Shown one piece after another: positions 58,601 to 64,000 of a stretch of DNA of 64,000 nucleotides (position 1 is its first letter; every line of letters begins with the position of its first letter). The notes beneath the pieces were generated by a model. It was not told the DNA's origin. It saw nothing but the letters and a program-made list of their open reading frames with translations, and did no database searches. The DNA comes from Nannocystales bacterium. GTDB lineage: Bacteria; Myxococcota_A; Polyangia; Nannocystales; Nannocystaceae. The stretch spans positions 427,436 to 491,435 of the forward strand of contig JBOEGF010000014.1 of NCBI GenBank assembly GCA_050633305.1, written 5' to 3'. The translations under genes and the position numbers were made by a program.

Positions 58601-61330
58601 GGAACCTCGGTCGTCAAACTTCAGGGTGCACGTGTGGAGCGTCTCCGACCTGCCGTTGTTGTGTTCGCGGGTAAACCGAAGCTTCGCGGGCTTGGCTGTG
58701 GTCGGCTCGCCCGAGGGCAGCACGGCCCGGACCTCGGTCGTCCACGCGGAGCCGACCTGGGGATCCTTGTCGGCCTGCCGGACGAGCAAGTACCGGGAGG
58801 GGTGCACCCAGGCGGAAGCGGTCGTGGAGAGCTCCTGACGGGCGCTGTCCATGGTCAACAGTGTGACCCTGCATCTGTAAGGATGCCCGGGCGACAGACC
58901 TGGGAACTCCATGTCGGCGTCCACCCGGCCTTTGGCATGCTGCGCGGTCTTCTTCAGAGAAGACCAGCCGGTGGTCGGCGAGGACGCGAGCGTGACGGCG
59001 GTTAGAATGGAGAACCCGGTCGTGTTGAGGGGGCGGTAGGACGTTGGGGAACAGCGCGTCTGTAGACTTGCTTCCGCGACCGGCAGCGGCATGCCGTGGA
59101 GGTATCGCGCGACTGCGGAGACGTGGGTCCCCTCACCATGCTGGAGCTCGGTGTCCTTGAGCGACAGGGATACATCGTATGCCGGGGCCACGAACTCGCG
59201 GAGACGAACGCCGCGAGAGAACGAGCCTCCGCCATCCCCCTCGACGTTCGCGTGGATCTGCGCATGGCCAAGCTTGGCGGTGCTCGGAATGTCGAGCGTG
59301 GCCCAGAACTTCCCGTAGGCCTTGGTTCGAACGGTTGACTCGGCCAGTACGTCCCCTCCTGGTCCGCTGAGTTTGACGACAACGGGCCGGGTGCCAGCGG
59401 CGGTGATGCTCTCCGCGTGCTCGGTACTGCTTCGGGCGACCCAGCCCATGACACGCATCCGCTCACCGGGTTGATAGATGCCTCGGTCGGTCATGATGAC
59501 ACCGACGTCAAACTCGGCCCCACGGGCGGGAAGGTGATGCGACCGCCAGCTCCCGCGGCCTTCCCCCTCGAGTCCCAACGCGACCCGGTCATCGTCGGTT
59601 TCGACGACCACTGCATGGTTTGCCAGCCGGGTGGGCGCCGGGACGCGAATGAAGCCCTCCGCATCCGAGGGCCCGAAGCTGTCGACCAACTTCGGTGGTG
59701 AGGACGAGGGAGCGAAGATGTGCGCGGTCGCGCCGGACACCGGGGTCGCGGCGTCTAGGGTCAGCACCCGGACGAACCCTCCTGCAGGCGAATCGCCGAC
59801 GAGCAAGCCCAGGTTGGTGAACTGGACGAGCTCTCGGGAGGTTTCGACGGGCGCCCTGTGTTTCTGGTCCGGACGAATGGTTCCAGGGAAGAGCTCTACG
59901 AACGCCGCGCCCTTCGGTGATCCGAGGACCTTGGCCAAGGAAAACTCTCGCGCGTCCCATCCCCAGGCGCCTCCCGGGGTGAGGTCGAGGTCGAGCTCGC
60001 GTGTCTTCACCCCATGCTTCGGAAGGGCCCGGACGTCATCCTCCGCGTACACGATCTCGGCCAACGCAGCATTGGAGAGCGTGCTGATGCTGAGCCGTGC
60101 GTCTTCGATGGACCGAGACTCGACACCAAAGGTTCCCCTCCTCCCGGTGAGTTGCGTGCCAGTGCCGCGGAGTTCGAGGATCGGCGGCGGGGCCACGAAG
60201 GTGACGGAGCGCGACGACTTGCCTGCCAGGACCTGCCCCGTCGTGTCACGGATCCCTTTGCCGAGCCGTACCGTATAGGTGCGGCCGGCTTCGAAGTCTC
60301 CGTAGAACACCATTGTGGAGAAACTCTCCTCATCCCCATAGAGGTACGGGTGAGGGTCGAAGTGCTTGGGTTGGGGAGAGACCCGGATTTTCCGCAGCGC
60401 GGACTTGGGCAAGGGCGTGTCGAATTGGAGCTGGAAGTCTCCAGTGACGCAGCCATCGGTGGCCGAGTCGTCGCACTGCACGCTGGCCTTGAAGCCCGCG
60501 CGGGTGCGCAGCGTGGAGAAGGCCTCTTTGCCGGTCGGCAGCGTGCCGCGGACGGTGGTGAGCGACCCCGCCAGGGTGGCGCGAACCGTGGCGTCGGCGG
60601 GCCAGTGGGATTTGGGGAGCACTCGCCAGACCGTGGCCGTCTTCTGCTCCGACACCGGGTACAGCGGCTCGAGTCGGAACGGCAGCGGACGCACTCGTTT
60701 GCCGTCGACGTGCTCGACGCTCAGAGCATCCCGCACTGCGCGCTCGCCTGCATCATCGCTGAGGGCGACCGTGAAGCCAGCATCCCACCGCACCCGATCG
60801 CGTCCCGCCTCGCGGTAGCGGCCGGGGTCGGCAGTGAGCCGCGCCGTGGGCCGTGGAGTCTCGAAGGACCAACGCTCGTCGACTTCGAGTGACTGGCCGC
60901 CTCGGGTCTTGGCCTGGCCTGTGACCGACACTTTGTAGAGATTTGCGTTGTGAAGCGAATGTGTCGGCTGGAACGCGACTCGGGTCGGCGATGTCCAGGT
61001 CGTTGTCCCCGGGATGCTAGGCTCGATGTCGAAGTCGAGCTGCGACCGAGCCGAATCCATGGCCGTCGAGAAGGTGAGATAGATCGGTTCGCTGGTCGAC
61101 CCGAACCGCTTGGGGCTGACGCCCACCACTGAACCCAGGGGTTCCACGTCCGTGCCCCCCCGTGCATCCCCTTGCAGTGGGCCAGCCTCGGTGAGTGTGG
61201 CGAGGACCGGAGCTTTGGGGGGCGCGGGATCGCCGACCTGCCCGAGGTCCGGTTGAGCCGGAGTCGGGCGACACGCCAGCAAACTCCAAGTCGCTGCGAG
61301 GAACAATAGTCGGCGAGGCACAGGCTTCAT
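55691..61330 (-). CDS. Bacterial alpha-2-macroglobulin lipoprotein
   Basis: LLAC lipobox, TDRGIYQPGE (MG2), AVDEGIL, Gly-rich bait region, LPDNLTTFR, thioester YPYGCVEQ, NTQEN, MYSPE. Confidence 0.95.
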   Translation of the reverse strand: MKPVPRRLLFLAATWSLLACRPTPAQPDLGQVGDPAPPKAPVLATLTEAGPLQGDARGGTDVEPLGSVVGVSPKRFGSTSEPIYLTFSTAMDSARSQLDFDIEPSIPGTTTWTSPTRVAFQPTHSLHNANLYKVSVTGQAKTRGGQSLEVDERWSFETPRPTARLTADPGRYREAGRDRVRWDAGFTVALSDDAGERAVRDALSVEHVDGKRVRPLPFRLEPLYPVSEQKTATVWRVLPKSHWPADATVRATLAGSLTTVRGTLPTGKEAFSTLRTRAGFKASVQCDDSATDGCVTGDFQLQFDTPLPKSALRKIRVSPQPKHFDPHPYLYGDEESFSTMVFYGDFEAGRTYTVRLGKGIRDTTGQVLAGKSSRSVTFVAPPPILELRGTGTQLTGRRGTFGVESRSIEDARLSISTLSNAALAEIVYAEDDVRALPKHGVKTRELDLDLTPGGAWGWDAREFSLAKVLGSPKGAAFVELFPGTIRPDQKHRAPVETSRELVQFTNLGLLVGDSPAGGFVRVLTLDAATPVSGATAHIFAPSSSPPKLVDSFGPSDAEGFIRVPAPTRLANHAVVVETDDDRVALGLEGEGRGSWRSHHLPARGAEFDVGVIMTDRGIYQPGERMRVMGWVARSSTEHAESITAAGTRPVVVKLSGPGGDVLAESTVRTKAYGKFWATLDIPSTAKLGHAQIHANVEGDGGGSFSRGVRLREFVAPAYDVSLSLKDTELQHGEGTHVSAVARYLHGMPLPVAEASLQTRCSPTSYRPLNTTGFSILTAVTLASSPTTGWSSLKKTAQHAKGRVDADMEFPGLSPGHPYRCRVTLLTMDSARQELSTTASAWVHPSRYLLVRQADKDPQVGSAWTTEVRAVLPSGEPTTAKPAKLRFTREHNNGRSETLHTCTLKFDDRGSGTCTWTPRKPGRYNTVLIGGVDGVKVSHHDSVWVLGRPGPKSEDIDFSVSAPEQSTVGEAVDIAVQTHLPRATGVVVEVHAGIRTTHPFTTQDHAAQLRLTANESWVPNGYLDTLVAHPDGKRLPYLEYSFDTVELGYGSRELTVTVQNPTVASAGSTLPIDVTVADPKGRPVTDAHVSVWAVDEGILMLRDWSFPSFTHALAIDRGNEARYFNGYRDLRTPYTLRRDPFESGLRGVGSGGGAGGSGFGSGAGMGGGGAGSSPKTRRNFDPAPIFIGDVKTGSDGTARVHGVLPDNLTTFRIAAVATAEVPGTGAFARAGREESKVRVTQDLAVRPLLPRVLRPGDTAELGVLVDNLTDTPGTLEVKVALKDAAGLARITSPGTITRRLDGAQARIPVSVEAQGPGELLVWVSATLTTDDGHVLQDASELPLEVRAERTLIRHAATYGSMLDVQTSAVALEVPGTHIPDSASASVDVYASMLGGYKDTANDLVTYPYGCVEQTSSRLVPLAALHELEGFDLGVGSVTEFAQAGLDRLESMQTASGGFGYWPGSSHAHVYGTAYAAWVLGELKRSGIQIDEDVLERALSFLETELARVRSYATPSAHDDARAAMALLAIASSGRVQPEVLEGLLSRADALPVFSRALLAMAVHTGDPNDPRLPALLDSLRERVEVRDTTARSKAASRRFTALFDSPVRTDAMILLALVRAAPDDALIEPLARGLTKARNSGQLRNTQENAYALLAMAGYAELRESVEPDMDVRAWVGTSMVVDASFNGRDLTLVQESAAITTEDPLVTLERLGQGRMYYRVGMQWAPKPETIEPRARGISIQRTLFDSRGALDDRSLVAGEGGTLEVVITADARQRYVAIDVPLPAGLEAVDRSLGRGGASKTVRTSTGGRSLPYSHHELRGDRVLVFVDQLPAGTYRYRVPVRATHEGHYSMPPATVHAMYSPEVSGNTGGRPVRVVSP

Positions 61331-61590
61331 GACGGACAGCTCGGAAGGCGCGGAGTTCCCGAGTGAGACGAAGGATAGGGGAGCGTGGTTTGAGTTCCCC
61401 GGACCTCGGGCGGTTCGACGGTTCTCGGGAAGTGCGTCAGAACCCTGCAGAACGGACGCAGGTACGAGCGTAGCCTAGGTCCGTTCTGGGCCGCTGGTGG
61501 CCAGCGCGTTTCCGCAACCGGCGGTTTCACACTGGTGTCGTTTCACCCGCGCAGGACCTGAGGAGATGCTCCGCGCTGTACCCTCGCACC

Positions 61591-64000
61591 GTGCTGACCC
61601 TCGCTCTGGGTGCGCTGCTGGCATCAGCGCCCTCGATCGAAGTTCACCGACAGACTTGGGACACGGCCGATGGGTTGCCACAGTCGTCGGTGACTGGCGT
61701 CGTGCAGGGTTCGGGTGGGTTCCTGATTCTCGGGACCTTCGCGGGCCTCTCGCAGTTCGACGGACGTTCGTTCAAGCGGGTCGATCCAACGCGGGACAGA
61801 GAGTGGTCGGGTCTTCGTGTCACGGCGGTCGCGGCGGCTGAGCAACGCGCTCCTTGGGTCGGTACCCAAGACGGTCGGTTGCTGCGGCTGGAGCAAGGCA
61901 AGCTGGTGGAACACTCGCTGCCCGAGCTGTTCGTCGGGCACTCGATCTGGTCGATCTCCGCCGAGGGCGGCGACACCTGGGTGGCGAGCCCCTTCGGCGT
62001 GGGGCACTGGGACGGCGAGAGCTGGACGGTCATCGAGCGCCCCCACGGGGCGAACGTGGTCTTGGCTGACCAGGGGACAGCCTGGGTCGGGGATGGCTTC
62101 GGCCTCCAACGGATTCGCGATGGCCGGACCGAGGTCGTGTCCGCCGAGGTTGGACCGGTCCTGAGTTTGTGTGCGAGCGATGCGGGAGTTGTGGTCGGTG
62201 GTGTCGACGGGGTCGTCCGGGTGACGTCCACAGGCGTTGTATCCCTCGACGGACATGGAGCGACGAAGCTCGTGTGTGCTGTAGATGGTTCGGTCTGGGC
62301 GGCGTGGGGGAGCTCGTTCCGTCGCGTTGGCGACGAGGATGAGTTCAACTTTGAGCACCCCATCCGCTCGGTCTTCGAAGACCGGGAACGCAACCTGTGG
62401 GTGGGGACGGACGGAGGAGGCCTTGTACGGCTCATCCGCGCGGACTGGACCGTCACCGAGACTCCCAGCGGGGCGCTGCCCATTCTGCAGCTGGCCGACG
62501 ATTCTCTGCTTGTAGGAGGGTTCTGCGGAAACGGAGGCCTGTTCCATCTCGCTCCGGACGGAGCGCTGGCGCCGGTGTCCGCCCTGTGTGTCCGTGCCCT
62601 GGCATCCGACGAACGCGGTGCGTTGGTCGGGATGGAATCGCAGGTTTTTCGGTGGTCGGAGCTGGGCGGCCTGCAAGAACTCGTCGACGTCGGGCACTCG
62701 ATCCTCGCCCTCGAACCAACCGCGCAGGGGTTGTGGGTTGGCACCGATAGCGGGGGCGCGTTCCGGTTCCACAACGGAAGACTCGAAGCTGTCGACGTGG
62801 GTGACGCGAGGGTGCTGTCGATCCTGGCCACCGACGATGGCACGTGGTTCGGCACCCATCGCGGTCTGACGCGGCTGGATGATTCGGGGCTGACCCGCTG
62901 GACAGCGGAGGACGGCGTCCCACCGGGGCCCATTCGGGGTCTACTTCAAGACGAGGATGGGACGCTCTTCATGGCCAGCTATGGCGGCGGGTTGGGGGTG
63001 TTGAGGAATGGCAAGTTTCGGCGTCTTACCGTGGCCGACGGGCTCGGCGACGATGCGGTCTCGGCGGTGCTCGACGATGGCCGTGGTGCCCTGTGGATCA
63101 ACGGGAACAGAGGACTGACGCGCCTGCGTCGCCATGACCTCGAGGCGTGGCTGACTCACGCACAAGAGAGCCCTCGGATGCGGCGATGGGACACGCCCGA
63201 AGGCAACGGCGGAGGGCAACCGGCGGGCGCGGTGCTGCGCGATGGAACGCTTGCGTTCGCGACCGCGAAGGGGGTGCTCCGCATGGCGCCCGAGGAGGTT
63301 TTTCGCAACCCGATCCAGCCGAGAGTGGTGCTCGAGTCCGCCGATGTGGATGGCGTCTCGCTGATCCCCGGCGAGACCGTTCGCATCGATCCAGGCCCCG
63401 GGCGTGTCTTTGTCGACTTCACCGCCGCCACACTTCGACACCCGGAGCTCGCCACGCTGGAGGTGCGGCTCATCGATGTGGGGAGCGGAGAGTCTCCGGC
63501 GTGGGCCCTTTCGGCGGACGGAACCGCACTGTGGGGTGGGCTCCGACCGGGGACCTACGAGATCGAGCTGCGGGCGACGAACGAAGATGATGTGCAGTCG
63601 GAGTCGCTGCGCCTGTATTTCGAGCTGGAGCCGTACTGGCATCAGCGGATCTCGTTCTGGGTTGGGTTCGGATTCTTGGTGTTGGCCGGGGGCGTGGTCG
63701 GGCACGAAATCCGAATCCGCGGGGTTGCCGAACGCAACCGAGAGCTTCAGCGCGAGGTCGCGCAACGGATCTCCGCCGAGGAGGAGCAACAACGCATCGC
63801 GCGGCGTCTGTCGGCGGCCGAGCGGATGGAGGCTGTGGGACGGCTCGCCGGTGGCATCGCACACGACTTCAACAACCTCTTGACGGCCGTCGCGGGGACC
63901 TCCACCGTCCTGCGCGGCCTTCACGACGAGCGCGGCCTCTCCGAGGACAGCGCGCCCTTGCTCGATAGTCTGGACCGCTGTGTCGAGCGGGGTGGGAGCT
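61591..64000 (+). CDS. Sensor histidine kinase with regulator-propeller and YYY-type domains; runs off the window; start approximate
   Basis: Not in the ORF track. WDTADGLPQSSV, EDRERNLWVGTDGGGL, LRPGTYEI, TM, EAVGRLAGGIAHDFNNLLT, all in one frame. Confidence 0.9.
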   Translation, partial: MLTLALGALLASAPSIEVHRQTWDTADGLPQSSVTGVVQGSGGFLILGTFAGLSQFDGRSFKRVDPTRDREWSGLRVTAVAAAEQRAPWVGTQDGRLLRLEQGKLVEHSLPELFVGHSIWSISAEGGDTWVASPFGVGHWDGESWTVIERPHGANVVLADQGTAWVGDGFGLQRIRDGRTEVVSAEVGPVLSLCASDAGVVVGGVDGVVRVTSTGVVSLDGHGATKLVCAVDGSVWAAWGSSFRRVGDEDEFNFEHPIRSVFEDRERNLWVGTDGGGLVRLIRADWTVTETPSGALPILQLADDSLLVGGFCGNGGLFHLAPDGALAPVSALCVRALASDERGALVGMESQVFRWSELGGLQELVDVGHSILALEPTAQGLWVGTDSGGAFRFHNGRLEAVDVGDARVLSILATDDGTWFGTHRGLTRLDDSGLTRWTAEDGVPPGPIRGLLQDEDGTLFMASYGGGLGVLRNGKFRRLTVADGLGDDAVSAVLDDGRGALWINGNRGLTRLRRHDLEAWLTHAQESPRMRRWDTPEGNGGGQPAGAVLRDGTLAFATAKGVLRMAPEEVFRNPIQPRVVLESADVDGVSLIPGETVRIDPGPGRVFVDFTAATLRHPELATLEVRLIDVGSGESPAWALSADGTALWGGLRPGTYEIELRATNEDDVQSESLRLYFELEPYWHQRISFWVGFGFLVLAGGVVGHEIRIRGVAERNRELQREVAQRISAEEEQQRIARRLSAAERMEAVGRLAGGIAHDFNNLLTAVAGTSTVLRGLHDERGLSEDSAPLLDSLDRCVERGGS

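Noticed and set aside
1..64000. CRISPR arrays, tRNA/rRNA, prophage or defence genes
   Set aside because: No spaced direct repeats, RNA gene signatures or such protein motifs were seen by eye.

Overview
High-GC bacterial DNA that reads as Myxococcota, probably Nannocystaceae-like. This is inferred from a MYXO-CTERM protease, CGDG Cys-rich motifs, many lipoproteins with Ser/Thr/Gly/Asp linkers and kinase/ECF-sigma pairs. It is accessory, gene-dense DNA with no rRNA, tRNA or CRISPR seen. The main result is a graspetide (ATP-grasp RiPP) gene cluster at about 17.2-24.1 kb. It contains an MvdC/MvdD-like ligase and a 57-aa precursor that is missing from the ORF track (18408-18581; double-glycine leader, core TTSCSCGGADDCDQQAF, flanked by two hairpins). 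Four translationally coupled genes follow: a GAF-fused HlyD adaptor, a C39 peptidase ABC transporter, a second adaptor and an EreA/ChaN-like lipoprotein. Other points of interest: an ECF sigma / pseudokinase / TPR / cytochrome-c gene run with a back-to-back 15-bp motif upstream; a perfect 24-bp LacI-like palindrome; a 3beta-HSD-like plus steroid 5alpha-reductase-like pair; a stand-alone atpE; three 'CFNPDD' FG-GAP lipoproteins; a paralog pair of unknown membrane proteins; an IS3 orfA remnant; and an alpha-2-macroglobulin. At least two single-base frameshifts (about 1079 and 42552) may be sequencing errors, and the second creates a false kinase-sigma fusion in the ORF track. All family calls come from motif reading only; no database searches were run.
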